Source of the DNA: Ramlibacter sp.
GTDB taxonomy: Bacteria > Pseudomonadota > Gammaproteobacteria > Burkholderiales > Burkholderiaceae_C
DNA: 32,000 bases
Assembly: GCF_036383835.1 (NCBI RefSeq)
Contig: NZ_DASVNN010000012.1
Coordinates: 26,424-58,423, forward strand
Reading direction: 5' to 3'
Both the position numbers and the translations under genes were made by a program. The notes under the pieces are model-generated. The model was not told the origin of the DNA. It searched no databases and saw nothing but the letters and a program-made list of their open reading frames with translations. Within the stretch, counting starts at the first letter, position 1; each line of letters starts with the position of its first letter. Positions 1 through 8,572 of this stretch are shown one piece after another.

Positions 1-576
1 CAGTTCGACGTCGAAGCGGCCGGTCTCCAGTTCGTTCAGCGCGCCGACGATCCTGCCGAAAGGACGCACCGCGCGGCCGACCAGCCAGAACACCGCGGCA
101 TTGGCGACGACGAGGAGCAGCACCGACCGCAGCATCAGCGGCCCGAATTCGTCCCAGGCATCCAGCGCGGCGCGCGAGGCGTTGGCCCGCACGATGAGCT
201 TGCCATCGGGAAACTGGATGCTCTGCACCGACGGCCGCGGGGTGATCAGCGACTCGAACCACGCCGGGGCATCGCGGCCCGCCTTCCAGCTGGAGGGCGG
301 CGACCGGTAGAGCTCCGCGCCGTTCGCGTCGAGCAGCGTGATGTCGTTGGAGCGGATGCGCCCCATCCCTTCGAGGTAGGCCAGCAGCGCCTGCGGTCCC
401 TGCGCGGCGTGGGCCCAGACCGCGCGCCGCAGCAGCTGGGCGGCGACGCGGTTGGCCGCCACGACTTCCTCGTTGACCGACTTGCGCATGTCGCCGAACT
501 GCTGCGCCAGCAGCGTGCCCACGAAGAGCAGCGTCAGCGCGCCGACGATCAGGTGGATCTTCAATCGCAGGGTCAT
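1..576 (-). CDS. Sensor histidine kinase, N-terminal part only (TM, periplasmic domain, TM, start of HAMP). The rest of the gene lies beyond the window start
   Basis: Absent from the ORF track because it runs off the edge. My own reverse-strand translation from the ATG at 576-574 stays in frame to position 1. It gives MTLRLKIHLIVGALTLLFVGTLLAQQ (TM1), about 120 aa of soluble sequence, LMLRSVLLLVVANAAVFWLVG (TM2), then RAVRPFGRIVGALNELETGRFDVEL (HAMP-like). Third codon positions are G/C-rich. Confidence 0.6.
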   Translation of the reverse strand, partial: MTLRLKIHLIVGALTLLFVGTLLAQQFGDMRKSVNEEVVAANRVAAQLLRRAVWAHAAQGPQALLAYLEGMGRIRSNDITLLDANGAELYRSPPSSWKAGRDAPAWFESLITPRPSVQSIQFPDGKLIVRANASRAALDAWDEFGPLMLRSVLLLVVANAAVFWLVGRAVRPFGRIVGALNELETGRFDVEL

Positions 577-622
577 GGCCTCGCCCTCCGTGCTGCCATG
601 GTAGCGAGCAAGCGCCGCGCCC

Positions 623-653
623 GATTCATGAAAATCATGAGGCCGGATTCATG
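623..653. promoter_or_regulatory. AT-rich triple repeat GATTCATG / AATCATGA / GATTCATG in the divergent sensor-kinase/pqqA intergenic region; candidate operator or promoter element
   Basis: gattcatg at 623-630, aatcatga at 633-640, gattcatg at 646-653. This is the only AT-rich patch in the 147-bp gap between two divergent starts (576 and 724). Confidence 0.3.
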
Positions 654-723
654 GCGGCGGGGCTACCCGGCCACGGACCCGGCCGCGACCATGTTCCTCC
701 CGGCACCCCACCAGGAGATCGAC

Positions 724-798
724 ATGACGTGGCAAACCCCCCAGGCCCAGGACTTCCGCTTCGGCTTCGAGATCACGATGTACGTGGCGGTCCGCTGA
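724..798 (+). CDS. pqqA: PQQ precursor peptide PqqA (24 aa)
   Basis: The last 24 codons of ORF 409..798 read MTWQTPQAQDFRFGFEITMYVAVR, which contains the conserved E-x-x-x-Y (EITMY) crosslink motif. AGGAG lies 6 nt upstream of the ATG. The gene sits immediately upstream of pqqB. Confidence 0.9.
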   Translation: MTWQTPQAQDFRFGFEITMYVAVR

Positions 799-801
799 GC
801 G

Positions 802-819
802 GGCCCGCCGGCCGGGGCC
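802..819 (+). other. Short GC hairpin between pqqA and pqqB (GGCCC, 8-nt loop, GGGCC)
   Basis: ggccc at 802-806 pairs with gggcc at 815-819 around the loop gccggccg. It lies in the 25-nt pqqA-pqqB spacer. Confidence 0.25.
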
Positions 820-823
820 GACG

Positions 824-1744
824 ATGCGCATCTCCATCCTTGGCAGCGCGGCCGGCGGCGGCTTCCCGCAGTGGAACTGCAATTGCCGCAACTGCGCCGG
901 CGTGCGCGGCGGCAGCCTGAGCGCCTCGGCGCGCACGCAATCCTCGATCTTCGTGCGCGACGACACCGGCGCGGACGGGATCCTCTTCAACGCCTCCCCG
1001 GACATCCTGGAGCAGATCCGCGGCCGTGCCGCCTTGCAACCAGCCCGCCAGGTGCGCGACACCGCCATCGCGGGCGTGGTACTGGTCGACGGCCAGCTCG
1101 ACCACGCGACCGGCCTGCTGATGCTGCGCGAGCGCGGTTCGCCCCTGCCGGTGTGGTGCACCCCGGCGGTCGCCGAGGACCTGGGCAGCGGCTATCCGGT
1201 GTTCGAGGTGCTGCGGCATTACTGCGGCGTCGAGCACCATGCGATCCCCCTCGACGGCGCGAGCTTCGAGATCCCCGGCGTTGCCGGCCTGTCGCTGCGC
1301 GCCCTCACCGTGCCGGGCAAGGCGGCGCCCTATTCGCCGCATCGCGAACAGGGGGCCCCTGGCGACAACATCGCGCTGACCATCAGCGAGCGCGGGCGAC
1401 GCGTCTCGGCTTTCTACGCGCCGGGCCTGATGGCGATCACCCCTGCCATCTTCGACGCCATGGCCAACGCCGACGCGGTGCTGGTGGACGGCACCTTCTG
1501 GACCGACGACGAAATGATCGCGCAAGGCCTGTCCACGCACACGGCGCGCGACATGGGCCACCTCGCCCTCTCGGGGCCCGGCGGGATGATCGAATGGCTC
1601 GCCCGCCTGCCCGCGCATACGCGGCGCTACCTCATCCACATCAACAACACCAATCCCATCCTCGACGCGGACTCGCCGCAGAGCGCCAGCCTTGCGCAGG
1701 CCGGCATCGCGCTGTGCGAGGACGGCATGGAGATCGTGCTGTGA
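824..1744 (+). CDS. pqqB: PQQ biosynthesis protein PqqB (metallo-beta-lactamase fold)
   Basis: The N-terminus [24 protein letters not shown] is the typical PqqB start. 306 aa, positioned after pqqA. Confidence 0.95.
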   Translation: MRISILGSAAGGGFPQWNCNCRNCAGVRGGSLSASARTQSSIFVRDDTGADGILFNASPDILEQIRGRAALQPARQVRDTAIAGVVLVDGQLDHATGLLMLRERGSPLPVWCTPAVAEDLGSGYPVFEVLRHYCGVEHHAIPLDGASFEIPGVAGLSLRALTVPGKAAPYSPHREQGAPGDNIALTISERGRRVSAFYAPGLMAITPAIFDAMANADAVLVDGTFWTDDEMIAQGLSTHTARDMGHLALSGPGGMIEWLARLPAHTRRYLIHINNTNPILDADSPQSASLAQAGIALCEDGMEIVL

Positions 1745-2445
1745 GCATTCCCTGGGCGCGCGCGGAGTTCGAGCAGCAGCTGCGCTCGCTGGGCAGCCGT
1801 TATCACATCCACCACCCGTTCAACCGCATGCTGAACGAAGGGCGCGCGACGCCGGAGCAGATCCGCGGCTGGGTGGCCAACCGCTTCTATTACCAGGTCG
1901 CGATTCCCATCAAGGACGCGGCGATCCTGGCCAACTGCCCCGACCGCGAGGTGCGGCGCGCCTGGGTGCAGCGCATCCTGGACCACGACGGCTTCGAGAT
2001 CGGCGGCACGAAGGACGAAGGCGGCATCGAGGCCTGGCTGCGCCTGGCCGAAGCGACGGGACTGCTGCGCGAGGAAGTGCTGGACCTGCGGCACGTCGTG
2101 CCCGGCGTGCGCTTCGCGGTCGACGCCTACGTGAACTTCGCGCGCCGCGCCCCCTGGCAGGAAGCGGTGTGCTCGTCGCTTTCCGAACTGTTCGCCCCGG
2201 AGATCCACCAGCAGCGGCTGGCGAGCTGGCCCGAACACTACGGCTGGATCGAACCGGCGGGCCTCGCCTACTTCCGCCAGCGGGTCGGCCGCGCGCGCCG
2301 CGACGTCGAACAGGGGCTGGCGATCACGCTGGAGCACTTCGACACCTACCCGTTGCAACGGCGGGCGCTGGAAGTGCTGCAGTTCAAGCTGGACGTGCTC
2401 TGGGCGATGAACGACGCGATGGCCTGGAAGTACGGCGTGTCATGA
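1741..2445 (+). CDS. pqqC: Pyrroloquinoline-quinone synthase PqqC
   Basis: The GTG at 1741 overlaps the pqqB stop (GTGA). The translation [34 protein letters not shown]...RFYYQ is PqqC-like and about 234 aa. Confidence 0.93.
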   Translation: MSIPWARAEFEQQLRSLGSRYHIHHPFNRMLNEGRATPEQIRGWVANRFYYQVAIPIKDAAILANCPDREVRRAWVQRILDHDGFEIGGTKDEGGIEAWLRLAEATGLLREEVLDLRHVVPGVRFAVDAYVNFARRAPWQEAVCSSLSELFAPEIHQQRLASWPEHYGWIEPAGLAYFRQRVGRARRDVEQGLAITLEHFDTYPLQRRALEVLQFKLDVLWAMNDAMAWKYGVS

Positions 2446-2708
2446 GCCCGGGCACCATTCCGCGCATCGGCTCCGGCTTCCGCCTGCAGTGGGAACCGGC
2501 GCAGGAGTGCCACGTGCTGCTCTACCCGGAGGGCATGGTGAAACTGAACCAGAGCGCCGGCGAGATCCTCAAGCGCTGCGACGGCTCGCGCACGGCGGCG
2601 CAGATCGTGACCGATCTCGAATCCGCCTTTTCCGCGCAGGGCCTGGCACCCGAGGTGTTCGCGTTCATGGAGCTGGCGGCGCAGCAGCGCTGGCTCGCCT
2701 GGGAGTGA
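2442..2708 (+). CDS. pqqD: PQQ biosynthesis peptide chaperone PqqD
   Basis: ATGA overlap with the pqqC stop. 88 aa: [48 protein letters not shown]... Confidence 0.9.
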   Translation: MSPGTIPRIGSGFRLQWEPAQECHVLLYPEGMVKLNQSAGEILKRCDGSRTAAQIVTDLESAFSAQGLAPEVFAFMELAAQQRWLAWE

Positions 2709-2712
2709 AGGC

Positions 2713-3822
2713 ATGGCACGCCCGGGTCCCCCCCTGTGGCTGCTGGCGGAGCTGACCTACCGCTGCCCGCTGCACTGCGTGTTCTGCTTCAACCCGCTGG
2801 ACTTCGCGCGCACCGAGGACGAACTGGGCACCGCGGACTGGCTGCGCGTGCTGCGCGAAGCCCGCGCGCTGGGCGCGGTGCAACTGGGGCTGTCCGGAGG
2901 CGAGCCGCTGTTGCGCGACGACCTGGAAGAGATCGTCGCCGAAGCGCATCGCCTGGGCTTCTACAGCAACTTGCTCACCTCGGGCGTCGGCCTGACCGCC
3001 GAGCGCGCCCGCGCCCTGAAGCAGGCGGGACTCGACCACGTGCAGCTGTCGTTCCAGGACTCCACGCGCGAGATGAACGACTTCCTCTCGCACACGAAGA
3101 CCTTCGAGCTCAAGAGCCGCGTCGCCACGCTGATCAAGGAACAGGGCTGGCCGATGGTCATGAACGTGGTCATCCACCGCCTCAACATCGACCACGTGGA
3201 CCGCATCATCGCCATGGCGCATGAACTGGGCGCCGAATACCTGGAGCTCGCGAACACGCAGTACTACTCCTGGGCCTTCCTCAACCGATCGCAGCTCCTT
3301 CCCACGCACGACCAGCTGCGGCGCGCCGAGGCGTGCACCGACGCCTGGCGCGCGCGGCTGGCCGGATCGATGCGCATCTTCTTCGTCGCCCCGGACTACC
3401 ACGAGGGCCAGGTGAAGCGCTGCGTGAACGGCTGGGGGACCACGCTGTTGAACGTGGCACCCGACGGCGTGGCCCTGCCCTGCCACACCGCCCGCATGCT
3501 GCCGGGCGCGGCCTTCCCCAACGTGCGCGATCACGACCTGCGCGAGATCTGGTACGACTCCGAAGGCTTCGGGCGCTACCGCGGAACGGGATGGATGAAG
3601 GCGCCCTGCGCCACCTGCGAGTTCCGCGAGCAGGACCTGGGCGGCTGCCGCTGCCAGGCCTGGCTGGTGGCCCGCGATGCGGAGACCGCCGATCCGGTGT
3701 GTCCCAAGAGCCCGCACCACGACCGCATCCTGCAGGCCGTGGCGGCAGCGGACACCGCCAGCGCCGTCGAACATCCGCTGGTGTTCCGCGACCGGCGCGA
3801 ATCGCTGCAGCGCAGCGCCTAG
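2713..3822 (+). CDS. pqqE: Radical SAM enzyme PqqE
   Basis: LWLLAELTYRCPLHCVFCFNP carries the CxxxCxxC radical SAM motif. The C-terminal Cys-rich SPASM-like region reads CATCEFREQDLGGCRCQA. 369 aa. Confidence 0.95.
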   Translation: MARPGPPLWLLAELTYRCPLHCVFCFNPLDFARTEDELGTADWLRVLREARALGAVQLGLSGGEPLLRDDLEEIVAEAHRLGFYSNLLTSGVGLTAERARALKQAGLDHVQLSFQDSTREMNDFLSHTKTFELKSRVATLIKEQGWPMVMNVVIHRLNIDHVDRIIAMAHELGAEYLELANTQYYSWAFLNRSQLLPTHDQLRRAEACTDAWRARLAGSMRIFFVAPDYHEGQVKRCVNGWGTTLLNVAPDGVALPCHTARMLPGAAFPNVRDHDLREIWYDSEGFGRYRGTGWMKAPCATCEFREQDLGGCRCQAWLVARDAETADPVCPKSPHHDRILQAVAAADTASAVEHPLVFRDRRESLQRSA

Positions 3823-4640
3823 TCGAGCAGGACGAGCCACTCGCCGCGGCCCTGCACGGCGAGGTCCCCGGCCCAGAGTGCGATCGCGCGGCGGGGCAAG
3901 GCTTCGAAGCGGCCGCCGAAACGCGCGAGATCGCGGGCCAGCAAAGCCCAGAACACGCCGGCGTCCGCATGCACCGGCACGAAAGTCCCCGGCGGCTGCA
4001 GCGCCTCGCCCGCCATGACGAGGGTTCCGCGGCGCATGCCCCAGCCCGCGTGCGCGCCGCAGCGTCCGCCGATGGCCACGGTGCCGGCCACCAGCCGCGA
4101 GGCGAGGAAGTCGCCTGCATCGCCGTGGACCACCACGGTGCCGCGCCGCATGCGGTCGGCCAGGCGCGCTCCGGCCCGTCCATGCACGACCAGCGTTCCG
4201 CCCGTCATCCCGTCCATTGCTCCCGGCAGCGCCCCCGCGGCGAAGTCGCCGACATCGCCCCGGATCTCCAGTCGGCCGCCGCGCATGGCGCAGCCCGCCA
4301 GGTCGCGCGCGGATCCTTCCACCTGGAGCTCGCCGCCGGACATGGCCAGGCCGAGCTGGTCGCCGACCGAGCCGTGCACTTCGATCGTTCCGAGGGCCAG
4401 GCCCGCGCCCAGGCCGTCGAAGCGCGAGAGGTCGCCCTCGAACCGCAATCGTGGTGGCGCGTCGTCGAGGTCGGAGGCGACATCGAAGCATTCGCCGAGC
4501 GGCACGCTCTCGCGTCCCTGCGGCAGGGGCAGGCGCAGCACCTCTTCGCGGCGCATCGCGCACAAGGCGGCAGGCGACAGCGCGCGGGCGTCGACGCGCA
4601 GCGGCGGCGCCGCGCGGAGCATGAGCGTGTGCCTCGTCAT
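3819..4640 (-). CDS. fhcC: Formyltransferase/hydrolase complex subunit C (FwdC/GXGXG-repeat family)
   Basis: The tail of ORF 3819..5753 from MTRHTLMLRAAPPL carries repeated G-x-x-G beta-helix motifs (VHGSVGDQLG, EGSARDLAG, IRGDVGDFAAG, VHGRAGARLA, VHGDAGDFLA). ATGA overlap with the fhcD stop. Confidence 0.88.
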   Translation of the reverse strand: MTRHTLMLRAAPPLRVDARALSPAALCAMRREEVLRLPLPQGRESVPLGECFDVASDLDDAPPRLRFEGDLSRFDGLGAGLALGTIEVHGSVGDQLGLAMSGGELQVEGSARDLAGCAMRGGRLEIRGDVGDFAAGALPGAMDGMTGGTLVVHGRAGARLADRMRRGTVVVHGDAGDFLASRLVAGTVAIGGRCGAHAGWGMRRGTLVMAGEALQPPGTFVPVHADAGVFWALLARDLARFGGRFEALPRRAIALWAGDLAVQGRGEWLVLLD

Positions 4641-5548
4641 GCCTCCCCCCGCGGCGCCAGGTCGTGCAGGCGGAAGTGGAACGGGCCCAGCTTGCCGCCA
4701 TAGTTGCCGGCCGAAATGCGCGTGATCCCCGCCTGCGCGCCGCGCGCGACCACCGCCGCGATGCCGGCCCGCATCGCGCCGGCCACGTCGGCCTCGGCCA
4801 GGCCGTCGATCACGATCTCCAGCACGCAGCGTTCCTCTTCGGCGAGTGCGCTGTTCGGGGTCAAGCGCATGAGCGACGGGCAGAACGCGTCGTTGGTGGA
4901 CGCCACGAGCGACGCATACTTGCTGCCCACCTTGGACCCCGAGCGCACCACGCCGCCGGGAAACGGCAGGATCACCCCGGGCACGGCGCGCATCGCCCGC
5001 ACGGCGGCCTCCGCACCCGCCAGCGCTGCCTCGGTGTCGCGCGCGAGCAGCAGCAGGTTGCCGCCGCCCACGCCCTTGACCACGAAGGTGCTTTCCTGCG
5101 CGACGAACTCGCCGTCCATGACCGGCACGCGCCAATAGCGCACGCCCGCGATCACCTTGGAGGCCTGCCAGCCGTCGCCGAAGAAGCGCAGGTTGCGTCC
5201 GAGGGGCACCAGTTCGCCCTCCGCGAGCCCGGCGAACACCGCCGTCGTCGGGCAGGTCAGGATGCACTGGCCGACGCGCCGCTCGACCTGCCTGGCGAGC
5301 TCCTTGCCCGAGACGGCGAACAGCAGGATGGCGACGCCGGCGCGGCCATCCGGCGTCTCCTCGCGCGACAGCTCGCGCTCGATGCCCGCTTCGCACCCGC
5401 AGCCGATCACCGAAGTCGCCAGGCCCGTCGCACTCACGGCGGCATGCGAGGCCCACACGCTGTCGTGCGCCGTGACGACCAGGCGCGTGGCCTTCATCGG
5501 AAAGGCCTCGGCGAAGCCGTCGTCGATGGCGATGCCGTTGCGCCGCAT
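4637..5548 (-). CDS. fhcD: Formylmethanofuran:H4MPT formyltransferase (Fhc subunit D)
   Basis: The tail of ORF 4637..7261 from MRRNGIAIDDGFAEAFPMKATRLVVTA is Ftr-like throughout (...GGNLLLLA..., ...GSKYASLVASTNDAFCP...). 303 aa. Confidence 0.9.
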   Translation of the reverse strand: MRRNGIAIDDGFAEAFPMKATRLVVTAHDSVWASHAAVSATGLATSVIGCGCEAGIERELSREETPDGRAGVAILLFAVSGKELARQVERRVGQCILTCPTTAVFAGLAEGELVPLGRNLRFFGDGWQASKVIAGVRYWRVPVMDGEFVAQESTFVVKGVGGGNLLLLARDTEAALAGAEAAVRAMRAVPGVILPFPGGVVRSGSKVGSKYASLVASTNDAFCPSLMRLTPNSALAEEERCVLEIVIDGLAEADVAGAMRAGIAAVVARGAQAGITRISAGNYGGKLGPFHFRLHDLAPRGEA

Positions 5549-7167
5549 CACAGGCTCCGCGGCGCGCAGGCCCAGGGGAACAGCCGGCCGCCGTTGCAGC
5601 AGGCGCAAAGCTCGTCCTCGCCGATGACGGCATGGCGTGGATGGACGCCCAGCGGCCGGTCGCCGCGCGCGGCGAACAGGCGCTGCACGCCGCCATCGAC
5701 GGCGGGAACGGCGAAATGTGTCGCGCCCACCGGCGTGGCGACGACGCGCCCACCCCGCACGACGGGCTCGCCGTCCTTGAACACCCATTCGGCGCGCGTG
5801 AACATCGCCTCGGCGTCGGCCTGTTCGCGGTATACGGCGACGTCCGCCGCCGCGCCCGGCGCGAGATGGCCGCGGTCCCGCAGTCCGAGCAGCCGCGCCG
5901 GTGCGGCGCGCGTCATGATGGCGATCTCGTGGAGGCTCAGCTCGCGCGCGATCTCGCGCAAGGCCGACTGGGCCGCGACGTCCGGATGCAAGCGTGCCAG
6001 CTGCTCGTCGCGGAAGGGCTTGTCCATCAGCAGGCGCATGAGGTGCGGATAGCTGGTGAAGGGCGCGCCATTGGGATGGTCGGTCGTCAGCACCACGCGC
6101 CAGGGGTCGCGCACGCGCAGGAACAGCTCCAGCCCGATGGTCCACTGCAACGCGTTGACGTAGCTCTGCTCGCGATAGCGGAACGGCAGCACCCCGCAGC
6201 CGCCCTCGCATTCGATATCGGCGAGCACCGCCTTGCGCGGGCGCGCCAGGTCCGCCATCGGATGCTGCCGCATGGTGTCCGCCGAAGCGGTGACCGTCTG
6301 CCCGAACAGCACCTGGCCGATGTCGATCGAACAGTTCGGATGCGCGTCCAGCGCTTCGGCGAGCTGCAGCGCCGCGGAGGAAAATTTCTTCGGCCCTTCG
6401 CTCCCGTAGCAGTGGAACTGCACGTGCGTCAGGTGACCGGGCAGCCCGTCCAGGGCATCCATGGTGGCGAGGGTCGAGGCGATGTTGCCGGCGGCGCCGA
6501 GATTGCTCGCGTGGATGTGCAGCGGATGGGCCAGCCCCGCTTCCTGCACCGCGCGCGCCAGGGCGGCCACCACCTGCCGCGGACTCACCTGCCAATGCAC
6601 ATGGCGCTCGTCGACGTCGAGCCGGCGCTGGTTGAACTTGAAGGCCGAGATGCCCGCGGGATTGACGACCTTCACGCCCAGCGCCTTGGTCGCATGCACC
6701 ATCCAGGCCACGTAATCGCGCAGCTGCTCCGGCTGCGCGCCCCGCGACAACAACTCGAGGAACGCCTCGTCGTTGCCCAGCATCACGTAGGCGCCGTGGT
6801 CGACGATGGGCACGTCGCCCATCTCCATGTGGGCGTGCCGCGCGTTGCTGGGCGCCATCGCCGGTTCGAACACCGAGGTGTAGCCCATCTCGGCATAGCG
6901 GTAGCCCGTGGCGAGCGTGCCCGGCGTGCAGGGGTGACCGGCCATCAGCAAGCGCGCGATGTTCACCTTGCCGCCGCCGATGTGGCTGTGCAGGTCGATG
7001 CCGCCGGCCAGCACGATGCAGCCCTGCGCGTCGATCTCCTCGTCCACGCGCTCGCGCCCATCGAGCGCGACGATGCGGCCCGCGCGCATCGCCACGTCCC
7101 GCACCTCGCCATTGCATGCATTCACCGGATCGAAGACCCGGCCGCCGCGCAGCCGCGTGGTCGTCAT
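5548..7167 (-). CDS. fhcA: Fhc subunit A (FwdA-like amidohydrolase)
   Basis: The tail of ORF 5548..7440 from MTTTRLRGGRVFDP carries the amidohydrolase metal motif GGIDLHSHIGGG. 539 aa. Its stop shares 1 nt with the fhcD start. Confidence 0.9.
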   Translation of the reverse strand: MTTTRLRGGRVFDPVNACNGEVRDVAMRAGRIVALDGRERVDEEIDAQGCIVLAGGIDLHSHIGGGKVNIARLLMAGHPCTPGTLATGYRYAEMGYTSVFEPAMAPSNARHAHMEMGDVPIVDHGAYVMLGNDEAFLELLSRGAQPEQLRDYVAWMVHATKALGVKVVNPAGISAFKFNQRRLDVDERHVHWQVSPRQVVAALARAVQEAGLAHPLHIHASNLGAAGNIASTLATMDALDGLPGHLTHVQFHCYGSEGPKKFSSAALQLAEALDAHPNCSIDIGQVLFGQTVTASADTMRQHPMADLARPRKAVLADIECEGGCGVLPFRYREQSYVNALQWTIGLELFLRVRDPWRVVLTTDHPNGAPFTSYPHLMRLLMDKPFRDEQLARLHPDVAAQSALREIARELSLHEIAIMTRAAPARLLGLRDRGHLAPGAAADVAVYREQADAEAMFTRAEWVFKDGEPVVRGGRVVATPVGATHFAVPAVDGGVQRLFAARGDRPLGVHPRHAVIGEDELCACCNGGRLFPWACAPRSL

Positions 7168-8399
7168 TCCGGTTCCTCCAGGCCAACCAGCAGCTCCGCC
7201 ACGACACGGTCCAAGGCCGGCACGCCGTCGTCGCGCACCGCCACCAGCGGCACCACGACACCGTCGCCGCGGAAGAGATGGCCCGCGGCGTTCACGCCGG
7301 GCGTGGCCACCGGCACGAAGACGCACTGGTTCGCGACGCGCCCCTCCCGCAAGCGCGATCCCATGGCCGGGGGACCGAGCACGACGCGCGACAGGTCCGT
7401 GGCGGGTGGGAGGCGGCCGGGGGCGAAGCTCCAGGTCCACAGTAGGCCATCCACGGCCCGGTCGGCGAGCAAGGCCTCGCCCGCGAACCGCACCGGTTCA
7501 TGCTCGAAGCCGGCGCGACCGAACCGCGTGCGCAGCGGCAGGCCCGAGAGCCACGTGAACACCTGCTGCACGGTCGCCGCGCCATCGCTGCCGCCGAGCG
7601 CGAAGCTCGCCGCGCGCGTGCCGCGGTTGAGGGCCATGACGATGCGAAGCAGCATCTCGGCGGCCAGCGCGCCGTGCCGCCGAAGCATCGCGGGCTCCCA
7701 CACGAGCACCGCGTAGCGGGCCTCGCCGAGCATGCGCGCCAGCCCGGCGAGCTCCGGGTCGCTCTCGTGGCAAGGCGCCGGCCCGAGCAGGGCCGCGAGC
7801 TGCTGCAGGTCGGCGAAGAGATCGCCCGAGCCGGCGATGCGGACCGGAGCCAGGGCGCCCGGGACATCCTCGGGCGGTTCGGCGCCGAGAAAGACGAGGC
7901 GCGTGCACGGACCATCGGCCCGGTCCAGGCCGCAACGCCGGAAGAACTCGGGGTAACGGGCCGTGGCCTGCGTGCCGACGCAGACCACGACGTCGGCGCG
8001 GGCGCCGATCTCGGCCAGCGTGGTGTGGAACTGGCCGCGGTCCTGCAGCGCGCGCAACCCCTGCGCGAGAGGCTCGCCGTCCGCGTGGTCGCAGATCGCG
8101 CCGGTGCGCGCGGCCAGCTTGAACAGCGCACGCGCGCCCGCCATGTCGATGCCCAGCCCGCCGAACAGCGGCTGTCGCCACCGGGCCAGCCGGCGCGCCG
8201 CTTCGGCGATCGCCTGCGCGGGTTCCACGGCCACGCCATCGATGAATGCGACCGGCGCCTCGGGCCGGGCATGCGCGGCCAGTCCCGCGCGCGCACGCGG
8301 GCAGGTGCTTCCGTTCAGCGCGAGCGCCTCCGGCCCGCCTTCCAGGGCGAAGCTGTCGCACAGCAGCGCGCAGAACGGGCAGGTCCAGTTGGCTTCCAC
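7164..8399 (-). CDS. fhcB: Fhc subunit B (FwdB-like)
   Basis: The tail of ORF 7164..10922, starting from the GTG at 8399: VEANWTCPFCALLCDSFALEGG...NGSTCP, an FwdB-type N-terminal Cys motif. GGAAGGG lies upstream. ATGA overlap with the fhcA start. The start codon is uncertain (see findings). Confidence 0.8.
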   Translation of the reverse strand: MEANWTCPFCALLCDSFALEGGPEALALNGSTCPRARAGLAAHARPEAPVAFIDGVAVEPAQAIAEAARRLARWRQPLFGGLGIDMAGARALFKLAARTGAICDHADGEPLAQGLRALQDRGQFHTTLAEIGARADVVVCVGTQATARYPEFFRRCGLDRADGPCTRLVFLGAEPPEDVPGALAPVRIAGSGDLFADLQQLAALLGPAPCHESDPELAGLARMLGEARYAVLVWEPAMLRRHGALAAEMLLRIVMALNRGTRAASFALGGSDGAATVQQVFTWLSGLPLRTRFGRAGFEHEPVRFAGEALLADRAVDGLLWTWSFAPGRLPPATDLSRVVLGPPAMGSRLREGRVANQCVFVPVATPGVNAAGHLFRGDGVVVPLVAVRDDGVPALDRVVAELLVGLEEPE

Positions 8400-8413
8400 G
8401 GCCCAACCCTTCC

Positions 8414-8428
8414 GCAAGCGGTGTGCCA
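8414..8428 (-). promoter_or_regulatory. Sigma-54 (-24/-12) promoter in front of fhcB
   Basis: The minus strand reads cTTGGCACaccgcTTGCgg, i.e. TGGCAC-N5-TTGC, matching all 10 specified positions of that core. It lies in the 173-bp gap upstream of fhcB. Confidence 0.55.
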
Positions 8429-8572
8429 AGCCGCGCTGCCCGCGGGCGGGGGCGGCCAAGGGCAGTCTGCAACGCCCGCATGGAACACTGTGTGGCGGCC
8501 GGCGACGCGGTCGGCGCGCATGCGCCATGGCACGCTTCCTGATAGTTCGCGGCCATGGCCGCACCGTCGACA

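Noticed and set aside
597-612. ATGGTAGCGAGCAAGC as a sigma-54-like GG-N10-GC element upstream of pqqA
   Set aside because: Only the GG and GC dinucleotides match, and the flanking consensus (TGGCAC / TTGC) is poor. GC dinucleotides are cheap in this composition.
409-723. N-terminal 105 codons of the 129-aa ORF ending at 798
   Set aside because: Only the last 24 codons form PqqA. The upstream part overlaps the sensor-kinase 5' end and the intergenic region and has no protein-like features.
2665-4701. 678-aa minus-strand ORF spanning pqqE and fhcC
   Set aside because: The translation is Arg/Ala/Gly/Pro-rich and low-complexity. It is antisense to the clearly recognisable pqqE and out of frame with fhcC. 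This is a typical stop-poor shadow ORF of very GC-rich DNA.
8400-8528. Alternative fhcB start at the ATG at 8528 (adds MAHARRPRRRPPHSVPCGRCRLPLAAP...)
   Set aside because: The 43-aa extension is R/P-rich and not protein-like, and it would run through the sigma-54 promoter-like element. The GTG at 8399 with GGAAGGG upstream fits the conserved N-terminus. I kept it as a caveat only.
8528-8542. TGGCACG on the plus strand (possible -24 box) in the fhcB upstream gap
   Set aside because: The -12 position reads CTGA instead of TTGC, and it points into the antisense of the HisA/F-like gene. Probably a chance match.
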